Shown piece by piece: positions 20,917 through 31,681 of a stretch of DNA of 64,000 nt (positions are counted from its first letter, which is position 1; each line of letters begins with the position of its first letter). This DNA comes from an uncultured virus (IMG/VR IMGVR_UViG_3300033066_000375) (lineage: Duplodnaviria > Heunggongvirae > Uroviricota > Caudoviricetes), in IMG/VR virus record IMGVR_UViG_3300033066_000375. One strand, given 5' to 3'. The notes under the pieces were generated by a model. It searched no databases. It saw nothing but the letters and a program-made list of their open reading frames with translations, and was not told where the DNA came from. Position numbers and translations under genes: made by a program.

Positions 20917-21651
20917 ATGGGAAAATATATAAGCGTAAAAAATTGGAGAATGAAAGCTAGAGCAGCTATAATAGCTTCCATGGGCGGGAAATGTCAGATT
21001 TGTAATTATGATAAATGTAAAAAAGCTTTAGAATGCCATCATATAGATCCATCTGAAAAAGAGGTTTCATTTTCAAATATATCGAAAAGTGATGATATTG
21101 CAAAAGAATTATGTAAATGTATATTATTGTGTGCAAATTGTCACAGAGAAGTTCATGATAAACATTTGACAATTTTATTACCAAATGATTATTTTAGATT
21201 TGATCAAGCCATATTCGATGCCATAATACACTCTAAGATAGAGAAATCTATCAAAAAATATAAAAAAAATGACAAAGATGAAGATATTCAACAAAAGAAA
21301 CAAAGAATATTAGAAAGTAATATAGATTTTTCTAAATCTTGGCAATTAGAAGTTGCAAAAATTTTAGATAGATCACCATGTAGTGTTATGCGGTGGTTGA
21401 AAAAACATTTACCAACTATTTTAGACGATAAAAACACATGGTCATCTGATAAAAATTCTGAATTTGTAAAGAATAGAATTAACATGATTGAGTATAGTGG
21501 TATAGATTATACTAAACGTGGTTGGACGGTTAAATTATCAAAACTATTAAAAATAACTCCACAAAAAACATCTAAATGGATTAAGAAATATATGCCAGAA
21601 TTTTACAAATTGTATTCAAGAAAAATTTCAGTTGACAACTTCACTAAATAG
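20917..21651 (+). CDS. HNH homing endonuclease with C-terminal repeated HTH-like units
   Basis: GGKCQICNY..ALECHHIDP..KCILLCANCHREVH; TATAAATA upstream. Confidence 0.88.
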   Translation: MGKYISVKNWRMKARAAIIASMGGKCQICNYDKCKKALECHHIDPSEKEVSFSNISKSDDIAKELCKCILLCANCHREVHDKHLTILLPNDYFRFDQAIFDAIIHSKIEKSIKKYKKNDKDEDIQQKKQRILESNIDFSKSWQLEVAKILDRSPCSVMRWLKKHLPTILDDKNTWSSDKNSEFVKNRINMIEYSGIDYTKRGWTVKLSKLLKITPQKTSKWIKKYMPEFYKLYSRKISVDNFTK

Positions 21652-21668
21652 ATGTACCATATGATTTT

Positions 21669-21743
21669 GGGGCTATAGTTCAGCGGGAGAACGTTTGCTT
21701 TGCAAGCAAGATGTCGTCGGTTCGATTCCGACTAGCTCCACCA
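21669..21743 (+). tRNA. tRNA-Ala(UGC)
   Basis: GGGGCTA acceptor with G3-U70; TGC anticodon; CCA. Confidence 0.92.
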
Positions 21744-21754
21744 AAAAATTTTGA

Positions 21755-21830
21755 CGCGCTGTACTATCAATGGCAGAGGATCAGGCCCATAACCTGATGG
21801 TTCCACGTTCGACTCGTGGTAGCGCTACCA
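21755..21830 (+). tRNA. tRNA-Met(CAU), initiator-like
   Basis: C1-U72 mismatch; TCAGG-CCCATAA-CCTGA; CCA. Confidence 0.8.
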
Positions 21831-21851
21831 AATTTCTTATAAAGTTTCAGT

Positions 21852-21928
21852 GGTGGCTATAGTGTAATGGTTTCGCACAAGAGGCTGTGAACCTCTGAGA
21901 GAAAGTTCAAATCTTTCTAGTCACACCA
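21852..21928 (+). tRNA. tRNA-His(GUG)
   Basis: G-1; AGAGG-CTGTGAA-CCTCT; CCA. Confidence 0.88.
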
Positions 21929-21935
21929 AAATATC

Positions 21936-22014
21936 GCCGTGTTAGCTCAGTCTGGCCAGAGCGTCTACCTTGTAAGTAGAGGGTTCGGGGGTTCGAATCC
22001 CTCACGCGGCACCA
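21936..22014 (+). tRNA. tRNA-Thr(UGU)
   Basis: TCTAC-CTTGTAA-GTAGA; CCA. Confidence 0.92.
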
Positions 22015-22065
22015 AATTTGCACAATCATTTTCGAATCGTATAAATAGCAGAAAAGGAATCGAAA

Positions 22066-22677
22066 ATGAATAAATCAGAAGCTGGCAAACTTGGCGCTAT
22101 AGCATCAGCAGAAACAATTTCCAAACTAAAACAAGACAGAATCAATTCTTATTACGTAACTCCGAAACAATGCAAGAATTGTGATGAGGTAATAGCTTAC
22201 GAATATAGAGTAAATGCATTCTGTTCTAGTAGCTGCTCTGCGACATTCAATAATCTTAGAAAATCCAAAAAAGATCATGGAACCTGTGATGAGTGTCATA
22301 CACCATTAACTTGTAAGAAACATCCAAAAAATAATAATAATTTTTGTGATAGAAATTGTCAAAGCGCATTTAATAATAAATTGAATTTTGAATTGTTTCA
22401 AAAAGGTGAGTTAGCTAGCGTAGCATCAAAAGCGCAAATGATCAAACTTCACGGCTTCAAATGCATGGATTGTGGTTGGGACAAAGTTAATCCACTATCC
22501 AACAAATGTCCAGTAGAACTTGAACACATTGATGGTAACAGTCAAAACAATCTCCCAGATAATTTAAAACTATTATGTCCTAACTGCCATAGCTTGACAC
22601 CAACATACAAAGCGCTTAATGTTGGTAAAGGTCGCTATTCACGCATGAAGAGATACAACGAAGGAAAGAGTTCCTGA
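22066..22677 (+). CDS. HNH homing endonuclease
   Basis: Zn-finger Cys clusters; VELEHIDGNSQNNLPDNLKLLCPNCHSLT; TATAAATA upstream. Confidence 0.9.
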   Translation: MNKSEAGKLGAIASAETISKLKQDRINSYYVTPKQCKNCDEVIAYEYRVNAFCSSSCSATFNNLRKSKKDHGTCDECHTPLTCKKHPKNNNNFCDRNCQSAFNNKLNFELFQKGELASVASKAQMIKLHGFKCMDCGWDKVNPLSNKCPVELEHIDGNSQNNLPDNLKLLCPNCHSLTPTYKALNVGKGRYSRMKRYNEGKSS

Positions 22678-23560
22678 CATTCATCCTACATTCATTTTCA
22701 GTATGTATAATCTCCACCATACCAAGAGAACTCCAATGCCTACCGAAAATGATATGAACAATCTCGTACAAAATATCAAAAACATTTGCAAGAAATATTC
22801 GCTGAACATTTCTGCAAGAATCTCTCTAGCATTAATTGTTGAATTTTTCATCACAGGTTATGAACTAGATGATATTCAAGATGTGTTCACAGAAAACAAT
22901 ATCATTGATCCACCTAATGTTTGGGATGCTACTATAGAAGTCATAGAATATTTAGATAGTCAAGATTTGAAAGTACTTGTTAAACATTTTGATTATACTA
23001 ATAAGTCGCTTTCATATGTTAAGTTTCAATTGGATGATGAAAAGGCACGAATCGATTTTATTATGACCCCATGGCGTTCAGACTATAAAAATGGCTCATA
23101 CACGTACAATTACGATGGTTCCTTGACATCATAGTAATATAATGCTATGCTGTCTCCACACTAACAGGAGAACAATGTGACGCACATTACGCCTCGTAAC
23201 CATATCACCATTAATGGCAATCTCCCCAAACGTTGGGAGTTTCTGGCTATTCAGCTTGGACTTGAAAAGACATGGAAAAAGTTATTGGAGCGAATTGATA
23301 CAGTTGCAGAACATGCTGATGCTTTGATGAACGCTAATGGAATCACTGCCAATAGTGCAGTCGAACAGGCAATCAACGATTTGGTCAAGAATGACAATTA
23401 CGAATATATCTCAGGATACTACTGGAAATTAACTCCCACACATCGTAAAGCAATTGTAGAGTGGTTACAGTCATAAAAAATCAATATAAATAATTACAAG
23501 TGCTTGACAGCATAGTAATGTAATGCTATGATGGCTTCACACTAACAACAGGAGAGTGTA

Positions 23561-24184
23561 ATGTATACGAAGCTCCTACTTCGTACCATCCTTGTAATGC
23601 TGTTCGTCACTGAGGTTGGTTTCCTTGTGATGCTTTCAGGATGCAATCCATACAATATTAAAGCTGAAGAAGCTGCAACATTGCCTGTGCCTGTTTTCTA
23701 CACCGCAGATCAAGTAGAAGAACGTCTAAAAGTCACAGAAGCAGCAACGGAAATCGTTGTTGAAAATCATATTACTTATATCAACGAAAAAGAATACAAA
23801 TGCCTTGTAAAGAATATTTACTTTGAGGCTCGCAATCAATCAGTCAAGGGTAAGCAAGCCATTGCCGCTGTTACCTTGACTCGTGCTAGAAATAAGAAGT
23901 TTCCTAATACCATTTGTGGAGTTGTTACACAGCAGCGCAAGGGTGTATGTCAATTCTCTTGGCGTTGCGATGGTAAGTCTGACAATCCTAATCTAAAATC
24001 AAAAGAAGAATTGGCAGCATGGCAACGTGCTGAATCCATTGCTGAAGATGCATTGCTTGGAAAGTTGGATAAAATGCTTGACGGTGTTACCCATTTCCAT
24101 GCATCATATGTTCATCCGTCATGGGCAAAGCATATGCAATTCATTGGCAAAATTGACGACCACTTGTTTTATAAGGATGTTTGA
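23561..24184 (+). CDS. Cell wall hydrolase, SleB/Hydrolase_2 family
   Basis: CLVKNIYFEARNQ, FPNTICGVV, CQFSW and THFHASYVHPSW motifs; N-terminal TM segment. Confidence 0.9.
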   Translation: MYTKLLLRTILVMLFVTEVGFLVMLSGCNPYNIKAEEAATLPVPVFYTADQVEERLKVTEAATEIVVENHITYINEKEYKCLVKNIYFEARNQSVKGKQAIAAVTLTRARNKKFPNTICGVVTQQRKGVCQFSWRCDGKSDNPNLKSKEELAAWQRAESIAEDALLGKLDKMLDGVTHFHASYVHPSWAKHMQFIGKIDDHLFYKDV

Positions 24185-24486
24185 AATGCAATTCAGTGTG
24201 TCAAAACATGCAGTCGCCAGACTAAAAGAGCGATTCTTTTTCTTCTTTCCAATTAGTTGTTTTTATACCACTGCTGACACTGTAGCCCTTATTCAAGGAA
24301 AACTAAAGTCAGCTAGAAAATTACGTGAGTGGAAAATGTGTCCATTCTATGCTAATATGATTGGATGGAAGCATGGAGCAAACACGGAAGTGTATTACAG
24401 AAATCCAGTCTATTATATTGTGGATGAAAGTCCTGGTAAGCGGCTAGTGGTCACAGTTGTTAAACAATTCAAATGTGGGAACTAAA

Positions 24487-25584
24487 ATGCAAGTCATTAT
24501 TGGAACGAGCGCACTAAACCATTTTAACGTGAGTCCTCGTACTCCGAAGGATTTGGATGTGTTTGTATCGTCATCCATTGAATCTAAGGATGATTGGCAC
24601 ATTATTCCAGAAGAACTATTGGTAATGATTCCCCAACAGGATGGCTATGCTACTCCTGATGCAGTGTACACACTGAAAATGTCCCATGCAGCATGGGACA
24701 TTCATTGGGAGAAGACTGCCAAGGATATCTGTTTCCTTAGTAATTTTTGTACGCTAATTCCAGACCTGTATTGGGCTTTCCATAACTATTGGAAGACTGT
24801 GCATGGTGGTAAGGATTTTCTATCTTTGAAAAAGAACAAGGATGAATTCTTTACTGATAATGTTACATATTATTACGATCATGATTGGCTGCATGAAGTA
24901 GTTGCTCGCCCATTGGTGCCAGCATATAAGTCTGCATTGGCCGATAGCGAAGATGTAATGATTGATAAGGTAAAGTTTTTTAACTTGCCAAAAAATGAAC
25001 AATTGCGGATGTTTCGTGAAGAGATTAAGGTTATTGCACTTGAACGATGGTGCATTCCTTCTGGATTCAAGATTCATCCATATACTGCATATTATTACTC
25101 GGTTAAGAAGACTATTACCAATTTGACCAAGAATTGGGCAACGTTGTTCATTCTCGAAAACTTGAAAGAAATCTTCAAGTTGAAAGATAATGATTGGTTC
25201 TTGAATTTTCAAGAGACTAGTACGGAAGAACGTCGTCAGAATTGGGCTAAAGATAATTTAAGTGATCCGCCAGTAATTCCAGCCATAGATCAGGATGCAG
25301 CTACTTTGATATCAGCTATCTTGTTTTATTACAAGTTTGATGATATCACTCATGACACCATTAGGTATGATGTGAAAATGCAACAAACCATTGGTATCAA
25401 AATTAAGGATGTAGTCGAAACAGAAAGAGCGTACTTCAAGACTGGTCAATTGATTATCGAAGATCGTCAAGGAACACTTTATTCACTTCCTTTCTTGACA
25501 GTGTTTGAATTGTATAGTATGATCGATATTGTCAACTTCAGACAAGTTGCTGTAAAAACTGTTACAAAAATAACCTACCAATAA
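24487..25584 (+). CDS. Phage nucleotidyltransferase-like protein
   Basis: IIGTSAL..PKDLD (GS..DxD), YTLKMSH, YDHDWLHE and EEIKVIALER motifs. Confidence 0.6.
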   Translation: MQVIIGTSALNHFNVSPRTPKDLDVFVSSSIESKDDWHIIPEELLVMIPQQDGYATPDAVYTLKMSHAAWDIHWEKTAKDICFLSNFCTLIPDLYWAFHNYWKTVHGGKDFLSLKKNKDEFFTDNVTYYYDHDWLHEVVARPLVPAYKSALADSEDVMIDKVKFFNLPKNEQLRMFREEIKVIALERWCIPSGFKIHPYTAYYYSVKKTITNLTKNWATLFILENLKEIFKLKDNDWFLNFQETSTEERRQNWAKDNLSDPPVIPAIDQDAATLISAILFYYKFDDITHDTIRYDVKMQQTIGIKIKDVVETERAYFKTGQLIIEDRQGTLYSLPFLTVFELYSMIDIVNFRQVAVKTVTKITYQ

Positions 25585-25590
25585 GGAACG

Positions 25591-27424
25591 ATGATGGACA
25601 AGAACGAAGCAATTAGCTATTTGCGCGAATTTAAGGATGTTAACGATATCAGTGGTAGTGATATTGGTTATTTTCTAGCTGGTGATCCCTATTGTGTTGA
25701 CACTTGCTTATCTGATCAATTGAAAGAAGCACTCCAGTTCAAGCACATTGAGCAGGATGGTGGTGGTAAAGGTGGCACGGAATGGTGTTATACTGTGTTT
25801 GAAGTTCATGGTAAGTTGTATAAGATGAATTATTCCTATTATTCCTATAATGGTTATGACTTCGATAATTGGGATGAGTGGACCGAAGTCAAGCCAGTTG
25901 AAGTGACTGTCATTAAGTACGAAAGGATTTAATTATGAAAATTGCAAAAGATGCACAGACTAAAGAATATCAGGCCATTCTAAAAGAGCATACGCATGAT
26001 TACGATTTTTGCTATAATTTGCAAGAAGGCGAGCTAACCGAAACAGGTTTAGATATTCGATTGCTTGGTCATCAGTATCACGATGATTCAAAAGCTGAAG
26101 TAATCTTTAGCATCAATGAACGAATCTATTTGGCGAAGTATTCTACTAATTCATATGATGAAGAATATCAGTATGAAGGGATATTATCCCAGTGGTATGA
26201 TGTAACTCCTGTGGTTAAAACCATTACTGTCTACGAGTAATTCCATGCAAACTAATGCACAACGTAAAGAAATCGTGTTGGCACAAATGAAGGCAGCTGA
26301 AATGTATGCCAATTATTGGATGCATTCAGCTACTAATGGGCATGCTGCTACCCGTAAGATTTATGATGGGTTTGGAAGCATGTGCAATGCTGATGAACTG
26401 CGTAATGATGCGATGGAAACATCATTGCGACATATTCAACGCTTCAATGATCTAATAGAAACTTTACATGAAATTCACGAGAACGAAAATGACTGATTAT
26501 ATTCGTCGCGTGGTCTGTGCCGCTAATCTCTTCGATAATGGTGAATTGGTTGTAGGACCACGGTATTTTGATTCTATCATGCATGATCAAATTGCTGTAA
26601 GAGGATTGCGTAAAACTAGTATTGGACATACTCAAGGATTTATTGATCAACATGGAGTGTTCATGAAACGCGATGAGGCGTATATTGTAGCAGTTGCTGC
26701 CAATCAATTGATCCGTCCAGCATTTCAACCAGGAATTTTATTTTCGGAGAATTTGTACTAATATGAAAGTCATTATCGCAAGTCAACATCCAACCATCAG
26801 ACAATTCTTTACTGATGGTTCAGATGATTTACTAAAGACTACTCCTGTACCATTTCATACCGTGCATTTCACGCCAGATAATGAAGTAGATGCATTTGTA
26901 GCAAAGAAATTGCAGTCTGGTTTTTCTTGTGTTATTCTACGTGCAGATCAGTTCGCATTTAATGAATTGGTCGCAAAAACAATCACTATCTAAAAACAAT
27001 AATAAGGGTATAAAATGACAAATACACGAAAGGTAATCGGATTACGTAAGGTCTATTGGAACTTCTTTAATAATGGTCGTAGGTTTCAATTCGATCCCAA
27101 TAAGCGAACAGTAGATTTGAAAAACAATCCGACGACAATGGGTGATGTTCATCGCGAACTTGTTCGTAGTGCTAACTCACCATCAGTTTATCTGTTAAAT
27201 GAACTTGGCGAATCAATCAGCTAATCAGGACACGTGTTATGGAGCTTTATGACGTAGTACACGAGTTTTCTGAAAAAATCAATGATATTGCATTCAATAT
27301 GCTGATTGAATCAACTACACCTGGAATGCCTTCTTATATAAAGACTATATCGAATGAGCTATTTGACATAGCTAAACACTATAAAAAATTAGCTAACCGA
27401 ATTGAAAAAGGTGAAGATTTGTAA
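25591..27424 (+). other. Small hypothetical ORFs (25591-25932, 25935-26240, 26245-26496, 26489-26761, 26763-26993, 27015-27224, 27239-27424)
   Basis: Packed co-directional ORFs; 26489 has the conserved phage motif QGFIDQ..R.EA..LFSENLY. Confidence 0.65.
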
Positions 27425-27621
27425 TGGCTCAGGCACCTAAACCACATTTATGGTATGCAACGGGCATGAAGGGCATACCATGGGCTGTTTGTGGTCTTAT
27501 TCGTTTAAACAATGAACGAACTAAGAGGAAGGCAAGGCAAGCTTGCCCAGGCTCAGAAGAAGACAAATAGTAGTTGACACATCCCCGTTGATTTGATATA
27601 TTATAGCCAAGTCATCGGGGT

Positions 27622-27957
27622 ACGCAAGATGAAGAGCTAATGTCGATTGTGGTTCAGCATGATGCGGTGGAAGATGGTGATATAACGTTCCAGGACTTGA
27701 TTAACGACGGTTTTAGTGATCGTGTTGTCACTGCTCTTCGATTGTTGACACATCAAAAAGGTGTATCATATGAAGACTACATCGATGCAATGCGATATAA
27801 CATCGATGCATTGAAGGTTAAGCGTGAAGACTTGCGCGATAACTCCGATATTACTCGTTTGAAAGGTGTTACAGCTAAAGATATTGCACGTATGGAAAAA
27901 TACCAGCGCGCATTCCTCAAGGTCGAACAATATATTAAAGATTTGGAAAACAAATAA
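27622..27957 (+). pseudogene. N-terminally truncated HD-domain (SpoT/Mesh1-like) phosphohydrolase
   Basis: DEELMSIVVQHDAVED..LLTH..YEDYI..VKREDLRDN; the first His-containing helices are absent and a promoter sits in their place. Confidence 0.65.
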
Positions 27958-28357
27958 ATATCTAACTAATAGGAGATTTACCATGGGCGAACATATTGAT
28001 ATCCTTTCACTGTTTGATGTTTCACGAAATGACATTTTTTCAAGTCCGTCCAATTCTATCTTGTTGATTCAACAGGGAAAACGTCAACCTTGTGGCGAAA
28101 TTTATTACAAGAATGATCGATTTGGTGTACGATTTGGTGATTATAATCCTTCAATCATTAGAAAGGTGATAACGTGAGAAATCCAGTTGCTAAAAATATG
28201 AATAAGTTTAACAAACCTGCGGTACATCGTGATCGCAAGAAGACTTATTCACGCAAGGATAAGCACAAAAACAAACAGTTAGGTTGAACACTCTAACGCA
28301 TTCTGAAGATTGCGGTCATAGGATGGATAGAGATTGGAATGCTGCCAAAAACATTTA

Positions 28358-28490
28358 TGTCTCAGGAATGAGACAACTAGGGATGGCTTGTCCCGAAGTT
28401 ACGCCTTTGGACATCTGACCGCTTTATACAAAACATCGTGTGAACGTTGGATGGTTGAATTAGGAAAAGTAAAAAGCAATAAATATGGAC
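28358..28490 (+). ncRNA. Unknown structured RNA, copy A (homologous to 49524-49659)
   Basis: Shared collinear motifs TAGGGATGGCT..CCCGAA..ACGCCTTTGGACA..AACATCG..TGGT.GAATTAGGAA..GCARTAA. Confidence 0.6.
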
Positions 28491-28701
28491 TCAACAACTT
28501 AAGGAGATTCAAAATGCGTAATCTAATCAATCACTGGCAATGCTGGCTTGTTCCTGCCATTGCGATTGGCTTGGGTACGTTCATCATGGTAGTCATGGTG
28601 GATGCAGTCAACAAGTTCTAAAAACAAAAAGTAATTAAACCCTATTGACCTGTAGACATATTAATGGTATGCTACAGGTCAATTCATTTATGGGATCAAC
28701 A

Positions 28702-29658
28702 ATGTCTTTCCTAAACTCTTTGAAGTCCTTTTTCACCCTTAAGACTAGCGATCAATTGCGTGATGAGGCATTTGATAAAAAGCAAGAAAAGGTCAATAAT
28801 CAAGATTGGATGATTCGTAGACATGACCTTGATTATGTATATAATTCTTTGGGCACAATCTACAATGTTCAAAATTCTTGTATCACAAAATGTAAAGATA
28901 TTATTGTCAATTTACTTGGTGATAAGTATGCTGGACTGCTAAATCCGCCAATCATTCAACAGTGTATGGTAGATATGAACATTGGTGAGCGCAAGGGCGC
29001 CATTCACTTGCAGTGGGCTACTGGAAATTTCCAAGATGAAATGACTGTATTGTCTGTTGGTTTTTCGATTGCTGGATATAGGCTGACGTGTGCAAGTAAA
29101 TGTATTAGTCCTACTGGCGTTATTCGTGGTAGTTTTGTATCAGAATGGCTACCAGATATTGTAAGTCTACCTGGATGGTTTGAGGATGTTTTAGAGTTAC
29201 TTAAAAACACTCATCATGAACATATTACAGAACCTAACATGTTTGCAGATTTACACATTGAAAATGTTGTTGGTAAAACATTAATAGAAAACAACAATAA
29301 ATTAGATATCGTTCGTGGTATCAGGGATATCATTACATATTTACTTCACGATGAATACCAAGATTTAGCATATCATCCAATCATTAGTAAAAATCTTGCC
29401 AGTAATGATGATTATGTTATCAGCATGGGATTACAATGGAAACTTAAAAATGATACGGTTAGATTAGATGTAGCGCGTTATTTGACTAGAGACGACCAAT
29501 ATACAATTGAGTTTACTATTGGTGAAGGTGGTAATAAAGTTACACAACGATTTAATCACTTAGATGAAGAACAGGCTAAACAATTAGCTTTACCATTATG
29601 GTTTCTCGTTGCATTACAAAAGATTAAAAACAACGCAAATGAACGATCAGACACCTGA
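28702..29658 (+). CDS. Hypothetical protein with an internal duplication
   Basis: Two similar units (DII..LL.D.Y..L...PII...LQW...LP.WF). Confidence 0.65.
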   Translation: MSFLNSLKSFFTLKTSDQLRDEAFDKKQEKVNNQDWMIRRHDLDYVYNSLGTIYNVQNSCITKCKDIIVNLLGDKYAGLLNPPIIQQCMVDMNIGERKGAIHLQWATGNFQDEMTVLSVGFSIAGYRLTCASKCISPTGVIRGSFVSEWLPDIVSLPGWFEDVLELLKNTHHEHITEPNMFADLHIENVVGKTLIENNNKLDIVRGIRDIITYLLHDEYQDLAYHPIISKNLASNDDYVISMGLQWKLKNDTVRLDVARYLTRDDQYTIEFTIGEGGNKVTQRFNHLDEEQAKQLALPLWFLVALQKIKNNANERSDT

Positions 29659-29827
29659 GCAAAAACTGATAGCAGGATTAGAGCAAATAGTCAAGGATTG
29701 GTACGATCATTGTCCCAAATCCTTGACGTTTGTTTCTAAAGTAATACAACTATTCAGAGAGTACAAAAGAGAGGTTGACAAGTAATTAATTACAGCGTAT
29801 GCTTCACACATCAACAACGGATGTGTC

Positions 29828-30157
29828 ATGTGTACGCCGATCAACTACAAAGTCAAGAATCTTCCCTGGACTGCACCACCAATTAATCTTTTGTATGCTT
29901 ACCAGAATGCTAAGTGCTTCTATTGTGGTAAGTACATGGAATTTTTCGCGCATCGTGGTGGACACATCCTACAAAAAGGGTATACTATTGATCATCTGTT
30001 TCCAAGGTCTAAAGGTTTCCGTAAAGCAGGTAACAGTGTGCTAGCATGCCGTCGATGTAATGAAATCAAAGGTAACAGGATGCCTACTGTAAATGAAATC
30101 AATAAAGCTCTTCAGTTGTATCAAATCATGGGTCGTACTTTTATTTTGGAGGCTTAA
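29828..30157 (+). CDS. HNH endonuclease (McrA-like)
   Basis: CFYCG..TIDHLFPRSKG..NSVLACRRCNEIKG. Confidence 0.88.
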   Translation: MCTPINYKVKNLPWTAPPINLLYAYQNAKCFYCGKYMEFFAHRGGHILQKGYTIDHLFPRSKGFRKAGNSVLACRRCNEIKGNRMPTVNEINKALQLYQIMGRTFILEA

Positions 30158-30161
30158 GAAA

Positions 30162-30668
30162 ATGCTGAAAGTGTCACACTATGGCGCATCAATGAAGCCT
30201 GTCGAACTTCTCCAGCAGGCTGAACAAATTTGCAAGCTAATGGCAATTAAACTTAAGGAAAATCAAGTAGTTGTATTGTTTTACTCTGGAATGTCTGGAG
30301 TTGCTAGTGCTACTGCATTAGCACTAACTATGCAGCGATTTAATATGAAACTTGGTGGAATGGTATACATCCGTAAACAAAATGAAGTATCACATGGTAG
30401 TGATATTGAAACTAGTCTTATGAATGTGAAAAAAACCGATGATTTGGTTCCCATCTTTGTGGACGATTTTGTATGTAATGGCACAACATTTAAATATGTA
30501 CTCACTCGTGTGGTAAACAGAATTTCATACCGTGGAATGTTCTTTAACAAAACAAGTAGAAATGTGCTTAACATTTTTGATAAGTTATTGATTAATAAAG
30601 ATAATTGGTGGATTGCTCAATTAAACACCAAAGAACTAAAGAAAGCCAACAAAGTTCAAATGGAGTAA
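30162..30668 (+). CDS. Phosphoribosyltransferase-like protein
   Basis: YSGMSG; PRPP-binding loop IFVDDFVCNGTT. Confidence 0.7.
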   Translation: MLKVSHYGASMKPVELLQQAEQICKLMAIKLKENQVVVLFYSGMSGVASATALALTMQRFNMKLGGMVYIRKQNEVSHGSDIETSLMNVKKTDDLVPIFVDDFVCNGTTFKYVLTRVVNRISYRGMFFNKTSRNVLNIFDKLLINKDNWWIAQLNTKELKKANKVQME

Positions 30669-31008
30669 TTGAAAGTGCTTGACAGGGCCGAAGAAAAGGG
30701 TTATATTGTATACATGAAATGCAACTTCCTCACTGAAGAGGAAGTTGCAGAATCTAAGAAGTATCTCCGTGAATATCTTGAAAAGGATGAGGAAGAATGA
30801 CTTTCGGTGATGTTGTCAATGATATCAAGAATTTTGTAGGTGCGTATGTTTTCACTGGTCTGCAAATGATCTTCGCTGGTTGTGGCATTATCATTATGCA
30901 AGTGCTAGCATTCTTGCTGATGATTCCACTGATTGCTGTTGCGATCTACTGTGTTGCATATTTTCTTATGGGTATTATGAAAGTCTTTGAATTCATTTCT
31001 TACGGGCA

Positions 31009-31425
31009 TTGGTGATGCATCTTATAACTCCAACCACCAGACAAATGCGTTATTTTATGCGTGCTTGTCTGGCGATGAGTAAATCTACTCATGGCATTCC
31101 TACTGGCTGTGTTATTGTCTCTGGGAACTATGTAGTATCTGAAGGATTCAATCAAGAGAAATCCCATACAATTCAACATAGGAATGATCGAAGGGTTTCG
31201 TATTATGCCCCATATGCAAAAATTCACGCAGAAGTTAATGCATTAATTAAGTCGAAACATTTCGATCTTACTGATTGTGAAATCTTTCTGTTTCGTCAAG
31301 ATAAGCATGGTATGATTGCTAATAGTAGGCCGTGTATTTCGTGTATGCCAGCACTAATTGATGCTGGTATTAAGCATGTGTATTATACATCTACTGCTGG
31401 ATATTGTTATGAGCGTGTGTGTTAA
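31009..31425 (+). CDS. Cytidine/deoxycytidylate deaminase family protein
   Basis: HAEVNAL and SRPCISC zinc motifs. Confidence 0.88.
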   Translation: MVMHLITPTTRQMRYFMRACLAMSKSTHGIPTGCVIVSGNYVVSEGFNQEKSHTIQHRNDRRVSYYAPYAKIHAEVNALIKSKHFDLTDCEIFLFRQDKHGMIANSRPCISCMPALIDAGIKHVYYTSTAGYCYERVC

Positions 31426-31681
31426 TGAATTTTTATTTCAAATGGAAACTTCCTAAAACTAATAGAGCTATATTTGTATCAGAGAATGGCGATATCAAAG
31501 AAATGCGATTGGATGTACTATATCAAATTATACCATTCATTCAACTAGGAGATTGTGGAACAATCATAGACAACGGTGGAAGACCTAAATTTATCCTCTT
31601 AGCAGAAGAACAAGAAGAAGTGCCTTTACAATTAACCCATGATGTGGTATAGTACCACTACCTAATAAGAGAGGTTACACA

